The notes beneath the pieces were generated by a model, which ran no database searches, was not told the DNA's origin, and saw nothing but the letters and a program-made list of their open reading frames with translations. Below, piece after piece: positions 12,896 through 37,600 of a stretch of 64,000 nucleotides of DNA. This stretch comes from Balanoglossus misakiensis. Lineage: Eukaryota; Animalia; Hemichordata. A program made the position numbers and the translations under genes. Position 1 is the first letter of the stretch, and each line of letters opens with the position of its first letter. The stretch lies in contig CM082581.2 in the NCBI GenBank assembly GCA_040954595.2, forward strand, positions 11,032,186 to 11,096,185, in the 5' to 3' direction.

Positions 12896-13800
12896 ATGAC
12901 TGATTCATCTGGAGGAATTGCAAACAACGCTTTCCATATTGAACTGGATGAGATCAACAGCGAACCAGAGGCAAACCATGAAACCGCTTCCAAACCTCAC
13001 AATTATCATTCTCATCAGATGGCTTATTACGCGGCACAAGTTCACCACAAAAGAGAGCTGGAAGACCATGGGACTGGGACAAAGCTGCGTAAGTTTGGCC
13101 GATTTTCCCTTTATGATTATGATGATGGTGGTGGTGGTGATTACAATCGCCACCAAAGCACCACCACTATCGTTACCACCACCACAACCACAACCACAAC
13201 CATAAGGACACATTTTCATTTGTACGTAAAATTTCTTTCCAGGAGGATGGGATCTGGTAAGGGAGATTGTCCAAGGAATGAAGTTGATCAAAAAATCTAC
13301 ACTGATATATACTAGCCGGCAGGTAAGCTCAGGTTTTCGTCAATTGTTGTCTTGTTCTCGGGATCCTAAATCTAAAATGGTGCCAAAGTCGGAAACTTGT
13401 AGCCTCACATTCATGATTCGTATGTGGATCCATGTGAAAAGCTGTGGACATCAGATGAATTCCGGATATTAGCAGGGCACGAGGACCGCTGTTTTTTTCT
13501 CTTCAATGTGACGTACTTGTGTTATTTATTCCCCCAGAAACTGCGAATGAAGGACTTCACCAAGGAGCGACGTACTGGGCAAGACGTCAACAATTTACTG
13601 AGCGAGGCCGAGATTTTCCTAGATTTGCCTGCCACCAACTTCCACGATGTCCTGGTGACAATGATCGACGCTATGCTGCCAGAAAACAGCGAAATATCCA
13701 CCAGTGATTGCATCAGAAAATTGTTTGCTGACGACTTGTGTACGTGATCATATACATGAATAGCAAGTATGACTATGCATACATGTAAATACATATAGAC

Positions 13801-13855
<55 letters not shown>

Positions 13856-16800
13856 AACTGTAAATTAGATGTTTATGACACAGTACTAACAAACAACAAA
13901 GAACATTGTAATTTGAATGATGTATTGCACGGGACACTGTGAATCATGCAGTTCACCAAGCATTGGCTTTTCTTTTCAGGTTTACTGCCTTCCAACAGCA
14001 TCCAAGGCAATATTTATCATGGAGACACCGCTTACTGGGAGGAAACATGGATCTGCGTCTTGTAAGTGCTGAGAATTTATCATACTGAGAGTTTATCCTG
14101 CTTTTGAATGTTACACGACTCGTTCTTTCGTTCCGTCCGACCAAATTTGTCTTTAAATCGTTGAAAACAAAACTGTACATTAGCATACTGCAGCCCTATT
14201 TAACTATTTAACCCATTTCCATCTGTAAAGGTCCACCTTTACCATAGAAACAAATGGATTTGGACCGCACCACGGGGGTGAAAGGGTTAAAAGGGTGGTG
14301 AGAATAGATAAGACCTGACAAAGAATTTATCACTCCGGTTATGTACACAGTGATTTAGCATTTGATATGACGGAGACAAAATTGCTGGTTTTGTCCTTGT
14401 GGAATTATTGATTTTTCATGCTGTTTCAATTCGCCGGCAATTTGTTCTTGCCTTGCATTTGAGGTTGCTCCGGCGTTGAGATTACCAATAGACGATTCCG
14501 CTCATTGCGCTATGCGAGATCTCGCTACACTTGGTTAATTACCATAGCATCGGGTTGATAGCCAAGTGATACAACTGCCCAGCCACGCGAAATCTCGCAA
14601 TGTCTCGTGGAGTTCGGAAAATGGTCTATCGTGCACGCATTTACTGTCGTGTCATTGTTTTGTTTTGTTGGCAGTGCAACTCTGAATTCGCTCACCAAGC
14701 ACCGCTACGCCATGTGCCGGCTGAAGCATCACATCAACTTGGGCGCAGGCGCCTCGGAAATCCAGTTCGTCATTCTGGCGCTGGTGCCAACAAACGAGGT
14801 ATGCATTCGTCTTGATCATATTGCGCAATTTCAGTGGCGGTGACGTCACAGTGACAATGCAACGATGCAGCAGATAAGATAAAGACATCGGGAAATTTGC
14901 TATAGGCGACTTTACATTCGGAGATTCCGATCAACTCTAATTGCCACTAAGGAGTTTGGTAACATTATAGTCCTATCTTATGTTCTCTTTTCTCACTTTC
15001 ACTCCACTGCGCCTTCTCAGAAAGAAACCAAGAGCGCCAAGGAGACATCGCTCACATTTGCGACGCTGTTCGCCGACATCCACTTTCGATTGGCGCTGAC
15101 GGAAGCCAAAAACGAAAAACAGTTTAAAGAGGTAAGGTTTAACTTTTGTGTTGTTATACTATGGCAAGTAATGTTCCTTAAAAACAAATAGGTTAAACTC
15201 AAGCGTAGGTTCCCGTGATCGGTATTTTCCCTTGCAAACTATCTAAACCCGTCGGTGGTGCAGTGGCCCACTCGAGTTCGGCTGCCGATGTAGGTCACAA
15301 AAATAGCCCACGCAATGAAACAACAGAGTGATTAACACACCACGTACTGTACTAAAACTTTACAGGCAGTAAATGAGCGCTATGAAGACTTGGTCGACCA
15401 CAAAGTCAGGAACTTGTTGATGCGCAAACTCAGTATGGAGCACGCGAAGGAAAGTCCCTTCCTCGAGGCTGACCCGGTAAGTATGATGCAATTAATTTAT
15501 AGGGTAATGTGACGCCAGACCTCACCCCACAATCCTAATCATTCAACATGATAAAGTTATCAGACCCATAAAGCAATAAAAAGGCAAGATTAGGGTCATC
15601 TTTGGCCACTGACGAGTGGTGGTACCTGGTGTACATACATGTACTTGAATGGGTTAACCGTACTTTTCTATAGCATCTATTGCACCAGTAGTTCTAATGA
15701 CGGGGTACGTTTAATTTTGCCATCCTCTGCAGGGTCCTGGATGCGGCTTCGCGAAGGGAATTCGCAGCGACATCAAACGGAGGTTGCCACACTACATTAG
15801 TGATTATATCGACGGTGAGTATACAGTGACACAACTCCGTGACATCTGCGTCGTGTAGAAATTGCTTTTTTTACGAGTTGTGCAATACACGTTTCTGGAA
15901 TTTTCTGGAAGTCTGATCAAATAGCACACTTTTTATTTTGCCCGTAACAACATTGCAATCTGCAGAAACTATGAAGTAAGATTCAATACCGAAACCCCAT
16001 TGACTCTTTAAAGGCGATTTTGAACTTTGTAGGTTGACTGATAAGAATAGTAGTGTACGAATCTACATATATGGGACACATGCGCGATTCAAATATTTGG
16101 ATCATGGTGAACTTGGCTTACCCCACATATAAAACAGCTGGGGTCAGGCAATAGCTAAAAATAACTAACATACACATGTTGCTAAGTGACACATTCCCTT
16201 TCCTTCGTTTAGGTTTCAGAAGTGGTCACGAAGTAACCAAGCTAATTACGACTGTTATCTTCCTGTACTTCTGCTGTTTACTGAACACCATTGCCCTCGG
16301 TGCACTGAATGATAAGAACACCGATGGCGCGTTTGGTAAGAGAGTTTCAGACCCTCCTTTGCGGCGTGTGATTTCAGAGTTAACGCTTTTACCGCAATTT
16401 CGTATAATGTCATCGTATTGCAGCTTAACGCTCTAACAATGGATCCTTCTCTCAAATCTCTTCGGTTTATCAGGAGTCAAAGAAGCGATGGTCAGTCTTT
16501 CTGTGGCTGGTCTGGTATTCGCTCTGATAGGTGGTCAGATTATGGTCATCTTGCTGACGTCGGCGCCGTTGGCCATCTATGCTAAATGTAAGTTTGAATG
16601 AATGAATGAATGAATGAATGAATGAATGAATGAATGAATGAATGAATGAATGAATGAATGAATGAATGAATGAATGAATGAATGAATGAGCACCAGCTAC
16701 ATCATGCCGTACCAGTACAAGATGTACCAATCTTTTCATCTTTTACAGTGATTAAAGAGATATCTTACAGTGGTGGCTATGAATTCTTCAGCTTCTACGC

Positions 16801-19181
16801 AATTGTCGGTTTCACCAGTTCCGGACTGGTCATCCTCTACGCCGTGTTTGATTTGAGCAAATACATGAAGTATTCCACCAGAATGGTGGACGAAGTCTTT
16901 GCTCTGTTCATATCAGCTTCTTTTCTGAAGGACGCTATACTGGACACCGTTGATGGTGAGCAAAATGCGTGGATGTTGTCATGAATATGTATCCGTTCGG
17001 GGAATTATCTTAAATGATTAGACATTAGCATTTGTGTTTTAGTGTAGTATGCAATCATTAACCACGATAACTAATCGCGCCAATTTTTAAAAAAATCATT
17101 CTTCAACAAACACTCATTTGGTTGGCCGACAGCTTTCACGGAGAACTACAACTGTTTGTGGGATGGCACGCTGGACGAGCCCTGCTACCCTTTCAACGAG
17201 ACAGCGCTTTTGAACTTGACCGACGGCCAGCTCTGCAACGATTGTCACGAATGTTCCCCGGAGGACGCCATATTGTTTCTGTTCATGGTTCTGGCGGTGC
17301 CGACGCTGGGTCTGATATTGCATCACTTCAGGAACAGGTAAATCATAAAATGCCACTGTTATTTGTTGATGATTTTGCGATGCCAATCACAGTGTTTTCA
17401 ATGAAACACGTGAAAAGGACAACTTGACAGATTTACAATAGATTATCTAAGGTCACCTTGCAAATGATCTTACAGTCGACCCTATCCTTGCCGTTGATCC
17501 AGCGGGCCTCGTTAAATCGTTACAAGTACATATATCACATATAGCATGCATTATTTACACGAAGGATCATCCTAACACTGATAACAGAGACATTTTTGTC
17601 TTATCGGCATATTTTCAAGAGGTAGCAACAACTATCCACGTTAGTAATGTCTTTTCAAAGAGTTCACAGCGATAATGTTTGATGGCGGTTCTAATAGACG
17701 TCTCCATTTCTTTCAAGCCCTTACCTAGGAAAGACCCTCCGTGTAGCAGTATTGGCCGATCAGGCACTGGCCATCACCGTCATCTGGTGGTCGTTCGTGC
17801 ACTCGTATTTCTTCCGACACCTCGAAAGTGAGTACATCCAGTGTTCGGCCAATTTCATAATTGGCCGCCGCCACCACCACCATTATCGTCGTTATCATCA
17901 TCATCATCATCACCAACACCATCACCACTATCACACAACCACCATCACACCACCACATCATCACCACCACAACGACAACAACGACGACGACGACAACAAC
18001 AACAACAACAACCAACACCACCACTGATATAGATTACATGTATACGACACGAACTCCCAATTCGCTTGTGCCCGAGTACGATGGGTCTATGATATTTCAC
18101 GCAGAACTCACGTCTGTTTTTTACTCCTTGGCAGTCGAACCATGGCATTACACGGAGACAGGCGTGTTCCGCATCCCCGACTTCGCAAACAGTAACTTGG
18201 ATATCGGCGGGTACTTTTCTGCTTTCTTGCTGGGATTCTTCCACTCTTTGCTCATCTTTGTCGATCACAGCATCGCAGAGTCTATAGCATGCGCGCCGGA
18301 AAACAAGTAAGTCGGCTGAATGCAATCGCCATTGTGGAAATAACCAAATTTACAGAGCTAAATTGATAAGCACGGGACGAAATCATGATAATTGTGTTTG
18401 CAGTATTGCAGTTATCGTTCACCTTTATGATAGAAAAAAATGAATGCTTGATTTTTTTGCAGACTGCTGAAAGGTACTGCGTTCCACTGGGATTTGGTGG
18501 TGGTGGCGCTGCTGAACACGCTCTCTTCCTTGTGTGGCTGGCCGATGGTCCACGGCAAGGTGCCCCACACACCCATGCATGTCAAGAATTTGGCAGACAC
18601 TGAGGAAACCGTCGTTCAAGGACACATTGAGACGACGTGAGTATGACCGACGGCGCTTCTAAAATCATCATTGCCCTATCGCGGTCATTCAGTTGAAAAA
18701 AAGAAGAACGTTATGCTCAACGCTAATTCTGCACAACAAGCATCGCGACCAAATTATGGCCACCATTATTGATCGTAAACGTTGTCTTGTCATTACCACC
18801 AAAGCCAAGTACTCACCCAGTTCTTTGCATCTGCCTTTCAGGATTGTGCGGACGACGGAGACCAGGAATTCTACGCTGTTCTCTCACATTCTAATCGCCC
18901 TGTCATTGCTGATGTTGCCTTACCCGCTGCAGTACATTCCCCAGTCTGTGCTGGACGGCATCTACGTCTTCTTGGCTGTCATGGCTTTCAGCGACAATCA
19001 GTTCTTCGAAAGAATGCTGCTTATTATTACAGACCAGGTACATATCGGTTCTTCAGTGAAGTTTTTTTCTACTATGTGTGCACTTGTAATCCTTTACACC
19101 ATCTGTTTTCCTGTTTATCTACTATAATATGTCAGTGTATCGGCCAATTTGCTCCTCTCTGTCTGTCTGTCTGTCTGTCTG

Positions 19182-19212
<31 letters not shown>

Positions 19213-19797
19213 GGTATATGTCCGGACTTTCTATTCCTTGCAAGTTGCTATGACGACTATGGAAACGAAAAGGAGGCAAGAGCAGCAACAGAACCACCAC
19301 CACCACCAACATCAACATCAACAAAAACAATAACAACAGAATCAGATGGTTAAAAGTGTCTGAAATACTACAGATAACTTCTCTCAAAAATCAAACCCTC
19401 TACATCATGCGTTTGTCTTGTTTCTACAGACGGCATACCCGCCAAACCACTATGTGAGAAAGGTACCTCAGAGACAGATGCATTTCTTCACGGTGTTGGA
19501 GATCGTCTGCCTGGTGATTGTCTGCTGCATCGGTCTGGCATATCTACCCGCGGTGAAACTGTGGTTCCCGTTTGTCCTTCTTCTGGTCATTCCGGTCAGG
19601 TAAACCTTATTCTTCTGTTTCGTGTGGTTTTGTTGGTATTTGGGCATATTTGTTTCCAGTCTGAGAGCGGTTCACTGTTCTAATGTTCAAAAGTCAATGT
19701 TTTAAGAAAATCTCTCTTGCATGTGTTGTTTCTCAGGCATCTTCTTTTCCCGAAGATAGTCAAGCCTGAATACCTCGCGGTGCTCGACGCCCACTGA
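12896..19797 (+). CDS. SLC4A11: SLC4A11-like (BTR1/NaBC1-family) SLC4 membrane transporter, ~838 aa
   Basis: 18 exons in consistent phase: 12896-13088, 13243-13322, 13538-13739, 13980-14061, 14675-14798, 15021-15131, 15366-15476, 15733-15814, 16213-16335, 16474-16587, 16749-16955, 17133-17337, 17718-17827, 18135-18306, 18463-18636, 18842-19037, 19430-19599, 19737-19797(TGA). SLC4A11-type motifs: MKDFTKE, EIQFVILALVP, KETKSAKETSLTFATLFADIHFR, GIRSDIKRRLPHYISDYIDG, STRMVDEVFALFIS, APENKLLKGTAFHWDL, ETRNST, QTAYPPNHYVRKVPQRQMHFFT, IPVRHLLFPKIVKPEYLAVLDAH. An upstream acceptor at ~12749 implies a non-coding first exon. Confidence 0.92.
13796..13855. repeat. (GACA)n microsatellite
   Basis: agac agatagacag acagacag... 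in SLC4A11 intron 3. Confidence 0.9.
14208..14290. mobile_element. Short piggyBac-like non-autonomous element (MITE) with TTAA target-site duplication
   Basis: ttaa-CCCATTTCC...GGTGAAAGGG-ttaa: TTAA at 14208-14211 and 14287-14290, CCC...GGG ends, imperfect TIR. The internal atagaaacaaatggatttgg recurs inverted at 23873-23892 (ccaaatccattgttttctat). Confidence 0.55.
16596..16689. repeat. (GAAT)n microsatellite
   Basis: About 23 perfect gaat units in the intron following SLC4A11 exon 16474-16587. Confidence 0.95.
17865..18025. repeat. Compound trinucleotide low-complexity tract (CAC/CAT/GAC/AAC)
   Basis: Intronic; it produces the poly-His/Thr/Val pseudo-ORFs in the track. Similar tracts at 3366-3438, 13122-13203 and 19290-19336. 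Confidence 0.9.
19158..19212. repeat. (TCTG)n microsatellite
   Basis: tctgtctgtctg... in the intron following SLC4A11 exon 18842-19037. Confidence 0.9.
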
Positions 19798-21735
19798 TTG
19801 CCGTGTCGCTTTTATTATGGAGCGCCGTTCTGCAGACTGAGGCGTCAGTGTGACTCTTTGAAAACTGTGCATATGCCTTGCCACGTTTAGACACCGAACC
19901 TTGCGACGTACAACATGCAGCACTTAGCAAACTGTGGCGCGGACTGCGCATTCATTGTAAGAGGATGCTAGAACACGTCTGCGGACTCCTCACTCGAAAC
20001 TGGAGCTCAGTTGTTTCGATTCTTCTTCTCTGCATGGGCAATTCAGAGACATTGGATGCTTTATCATCATTGTACATTTCTGATCAGATCGAATGGAACT
20101 TCTTTTCTTTTTTACAATTCTTTTTGGATATATGTAAATTCACATCTTTATAAGCTGCCCGGAATTGTTGTGCTGACGTCACTCTCGGGAGCATGGAGAA
20201 CTGATCAATATTCCGTGTGCTTACGACAGAAGTGCGTGCTGTGGAAGGATCGTGGTCCGTCACCGATTCAGTGCAGTGTGTCATGGTCGGCAGTCCAACG
20301 GTCATCATAGGCCCTTTTCACGACCCCTGCATGGCCTTTACGTGTTTGCATTTTGTTGGCACGGCGTAAATATTTTGGGTTTAAAATCTGGAACGGTCAA
20401 TCTTCGTACTCTGACTCACCCTGGGACAGACATTAATACCCTGTCACGATGGACGATGCCCTACCCACCGCAGAAACACCAGAACGTATAAGGTCACTCA
20501 GGGGACATGAAAGTGGCCAACAGCCAAATAAAAGGCACACCTTCTTTATCGACTTTATCTAAGAGCAAACGGATTAACCTGATAAAGATTTCGATGGAAA
20601 ACAAAATGTTTACACCACATTCAGTGCCAACATTATAGTAAACTAATCCAAGAACCATTGATTGAAAATTGCCCCTTTAAAGCTATGATTTTGGGAGGGG
20701 GGACTGTCAGCCAATCAAGCAAGTCGCATTAACGACAACGCCCACAATAATATAACCTGACGCTAATCTTTACCAACAAATGCAATTATTAAAGTTCACT
20801 GAGTGAGCAAAATCAAAATATATGGAATCGATCGTTGTGTACTTATTTTAAATTTCAAACTCCATAGCAGTGTGGTTTTTGACTTGGTCTGATACTACTT
20901 CAGCGATACTTGATACACGTAGTACAATATTCATGTACAATGTACATGATTCTATGCGGTACTCTGTAGATTTTGTTCTTTTTTCTCTATCATCTGTATT
21001 TTTTTCAGTTTTAATACGAATGTTTTATTGCAAATGTTTTAAGTGTGCGTCGTTTTGTTAGTCTTATATTGATGATCTTTCAGCTTGTCATGGACGGTAT
21101 AGAAAGAGAAAGTTGCATATCCTTCTCTGCCTATACTGCCTATGGGGTACGTTTCTTCATGTCGACACACGCGTGCAGACGGTTTTAGGATGGAAAGTTT
21201 AGTCATGAAATCGTCAGCATATGCATCATGAAAGGTAACTTCTGGCTCTCTTGAAAAGTGTTTCTCTCAGGATTGTCGAATGCGGGCGCGCTTGCAGTTG
21301 ACGCGGGAGAGAATCTTTCCTCCTCTTGCTCCTCCTCCTCTTCGGGCGCGGCGTGGCGTAAGCTTCTCCCCAAACCCTCCCCAAGCCAGCATGACCACGG
21401 TATGTCCAAGACAGTACTTCAGTTTATAAATGCAGCGGAAAGGAGGTAGCCTGCACATAACGTGTTTCACTGACAGTGATCAAATATAAGCATGGCGTAT
21501 CAGGTTTTCTGGCTCATGAATAATGTTAATACACACTGTCATGTCATATGTTTTCTTGAAGTGCACCGCTAGTAGACTCAGCTTGTCGATTCGTTGCCTG
21601 TTTTTAATGTGACCGTTTGTTCGGACAGGGATTGTGCGCCCATTTATGAACGAAGGGTAATATATCTCCCGTGCAGTCTCTCAACAATGACCTTTGTCGG
21701 ATGCGGATGAACCGTATTTCCTGGCTCTCTAATTG

Positions 21736-21749
21736 GTTACCATCGCGAC
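21736..21749. promoter_or_regulatory. RFX X-box-like motif in the ANKRD55 proximal promoter
   Basis: GTTACCATCGCGAC, ~250 bp upstream of ATG 21998; near match to the GTNRCC-N0-3-RGYAAC consensus. Confidence 0.5.
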
Positions 21750-21997
21750 GGGTTGAGATTGATTCTGCGTGAAATATGGAGACGCGGATCTAAAGGACGT
21801 CGGGCGATCGCTGCTCTGGTTTAATATTCTGTTGTTTGTTCGTGTTTTTTTTCCTGTCCGTGTACTGATGATTTCTCTCGGGCGAGCACATCCACTGAAA
21901 CGTTTACCCACTGGACTGTTCACAGCGAAGTGTGGGGGATATATTTGACGATGGCCTTGGCTACATCATCGTCGGACATTTTGTGAAATAAATAACC

Positions 21998-34375
<12,378 letters not shown>

Positions 34376-34626
34376 AGGAGATCAAGACAACGATTGAAAA
34401 CAACGCTTTCCAAGAAAATCCACGTTTCTGTTTCAACCGGAAGATATGCGTGTATATTTTTTTGTGGCTCGTGGTGATGGAGAGTTGTCGTGAATCAATC
34501 TGACCCTTGAACTCTACCCTTTGAACTCTTACACGTTCACTTTGTTGTATTATACAGGATATTTACCAAAGCTGTGCTGCAATTGGACGCACAAATAGCA
34601 TGAAAAATAATACTGAATATAAATGT

Positions 34627-34640
34627 GTTACCATGGCAAC
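34627..34640. promoter_or_regulatory. Consensus RFX X-box (GTTACCATGGCAAC)
   Basis: Full consensus match ~250 bp after the ANKRD55 stop. Other strong matches: GTTGCCAAGGAGAC 27504-27517, GTTGCCGTGGTAAC 37119-37132, GTTACCGTGACAAC 10427-10440. Confidence 0.55.
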
Positions 34641-37600
34641 TGAGCATTAGGCTGTGCAGAATGGCTGCAGCTGCTAGGTGCATATTGGTGATTCAAAGGT
34701 AAGAATTTCTGTGAAATTTGCATTCAAGAGTTTTTTAATCGTCATGGGGACGATAGTGCAATCATCTGCTCTTGCCCAGAGTATTTAGTATTTGAAAGTG
34801 AATCTGAATATATTCAGGAAATTCACACAAGATGGTGGACAGTTGTAGTGCCTGCAGGGCTCAGCATTTGGCTGTAATGAAGAAGGAGGTAAACTGGGTT
34901 TGTGTCTTGTAAATGGGTCTGTTTTTCATGTCTATTCAAAGCCTGATGGTGTGAAAAGCTAGCCCTTGAAGTTGTCATGGTGTTGGAATGTTTTGAGTTG
35001 TATGTGATTTCCATGGCAGGCAGCTCACCCCCAAACTCTTCCAGGTTCCCCCCACCCCTTGGCCGACCCCCACCCCTTTCATTTCCATGCTAAGCCTTAG
35101 TGATGGTGAAGCTGATTTTGTACTGCTCTTCATAACTGTGTACATGCACTACAAGTATTGTAAATGAAATAGCCATCAGGGTGTAACATTAATGACAGCT
35201 GTTGGTAACTTGAATAATAGTGCATTTGATGAGAAAAAAATCATGTGACGAACAGACATTTCTTATCTGAATTTATTTTTCCGACACTGCGTGTGCAATG
35301 TTTTCAAATAATTGACAAAGTGGCTACATTTACATTGAAACATTTTGAGTATTGTTAAAATTTGTAATTTTCAAAACTGTTTAAGCTGTGTGTAGAATGG
35401 AATTGTTAAGGAATATTTTTTTCTGGTGAAGACAGTTGTTTGTCATATAGAACAGAGTATATTTGTGTCTAAAATTGGAGACATTTACTTTTAATTATTA
35501 TGTTGTTATAGAAATTCAAAATGTAGATTTTCAACTTGAAGATCATTCCTGTTGTCATTTACGGACAAATTCCACGAAAGATTCCACCAATCAGATTTCG
35601 AGAGCAGTTCTTGTCAAGAGAGAGGAAGAAGTCCTGACAGCAAAGAGTGAGATCGCTCATTGTCAAACACCTCAAAAGTTCATTCAAGAACAAAAAATGC
35701 AGATAATATATCATGAATGGAAACCTTCATATAGAATGTTCATTCTCAATATGAACGCGGCACCACGACACTGAAATTTGTATACATGTAAATGAGGTAG
35801 CTTTGTGGCATTCAAATAGTGTTATCTTTTTTTATGTCGTACTGATTTTGTTGTTGAAGTTCAATCACCTCTGGAAGGTGATGGGTCGACGTCTGCCACC
35901 GCATAAAAACAAAAGTGCTACAATCTGCCCAACACTGAGGGCGCAGGTAGACAGGTAGCTAATAGATCTTGCAATCTTAGATTTAGTGAAGTTCATGAAA
36001 TAGTTTCCAGTCAGCCCAGTGATATAATTTGTCTGTTTATTGACTTTTAGCAAATGCATAGTAAGAAACCGAAAATTCTTATGCCAATACTAGGCCTACA
36101 ATGCAGTACTGTCTAATTTGATGTACGTTGTAATACATAATGGAAGTTGAATAGAAGATGGATTGTCTAAATGGGTACTAGGTAGACCACCAAATGTGTA
36201 TTACGTCGTAAACTGTGTCCAGTGGCATTCATCGACAATCAGTGAGCCACCATTCGACAAAGATGTGCACACGTGTTTTCGTGATACGGTTCAAAATTCA
36301 AGGCGCCGTATGTATCTGCGTAAAGAAGTATTTTGTAGTACTACAGTAGTAGTTAATGTAAAACATTCTTCATATGGGAGTCACCATGTAGCTTTTGTAA
36401 TTATGGAATAGTTGATGCAGAGAAAGAGAATATAATTGGTTTTGGTGCAATATTTGAGTATATTTTGTTATTTTAAAATGTAAGATTTTTTTTTGCATTA
36501 TGTTATCAATGTAATTAATTATTACAGCTGTCATATTTTGTAAAAAAAAATATATTATGAAATAAAATTTCCCAGACTGATTATTGGGTCTTGTTTTGGA
36601 CAAGGCTAAGGGCGATATAACCAACATGAGATACCTTTCTTTGCATGGTAGAAGACCAGAAACAACACGGGTCCAAGATTCCAACGGCCACAAGCACTGT
36701 ACCCTTGTATATAGCGCCAAAGAGCGCACATCAACAGGTGGTTGATCTTGTGTGACACAAATTTACGACCCAGGCCTTGTCCTAAGTCAGAGCAGCGCGT
36801 AAAATTCAGGAGCAGATTATAGAGATGTGAAGTTCACCCTTGCTGTCGTAAATATACAGGTCTGAAGTATACATATTTGCGCTCCACATAATTTACGTTC
36901 TGTAGGTCCGGCTGTTGCCATGAGTGCGCCCGGTAACACGTGCTGCGGCCGGCCAATTGCGGATACTAGTGGTGTTATGTTGGTCTGAAAAGTTCAAATC
37001 CTTTCCTATAGTCAGATCTGGCGTGACGAAACATTGACACGATAACGTGTGTGTATTCGGTGCCATACACTCGAGCGCGGGAGTCCAACTGTGCCGCAAT
37101 TTCTCACGCAGAGACAACGTTGCCGTGGTAACGAACATGCTGAATGTCTCGCACAACAGCCAACGTTGGATAATACTCTTAAACCAGGAAGTGTTCGCAT
37201 TTGCATTTCGATTCGTTTTTGTGATTTTGCAAGTTGAGAGAGATGTGTGACCAAAATGTGAGTTGAATGAAAGTCGCGTCCTAATTTTAACGATACTTTC
37301 TCAATGGAGTTTTACAGCCTGTTGGCCACTCCTGTGAACACTCACCGTTGGCTTCAGCTGAATGCATCGCCGGCGACCCGTGTCATTGGCAAAGAACCCT
37401 GCAAAACGGCGTCGCTGTTACCGTTCTGTTCAAAAGAACACAAAAACACCCGTCACGGGAAATTTGTGGCCTTGGTTTGTGCCGTAAATCATGGCTTTTT
37501 GATTGCGGGGAAAAGAAGCAACCCGTGTGTGGCCACGAAATTTTAAGAATGCGCATTTCCTTCTCTTTTATTTTATTTTTTTACCTGGTGGACAGCAGCT

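Noticed and set aside
17725-18325. Poly-His/Val/Thr/Cys ORFs
   Set aside because: Translations of an intronic trinucleotide tract; only 17718-17827 and 18135-18306 are real exons.
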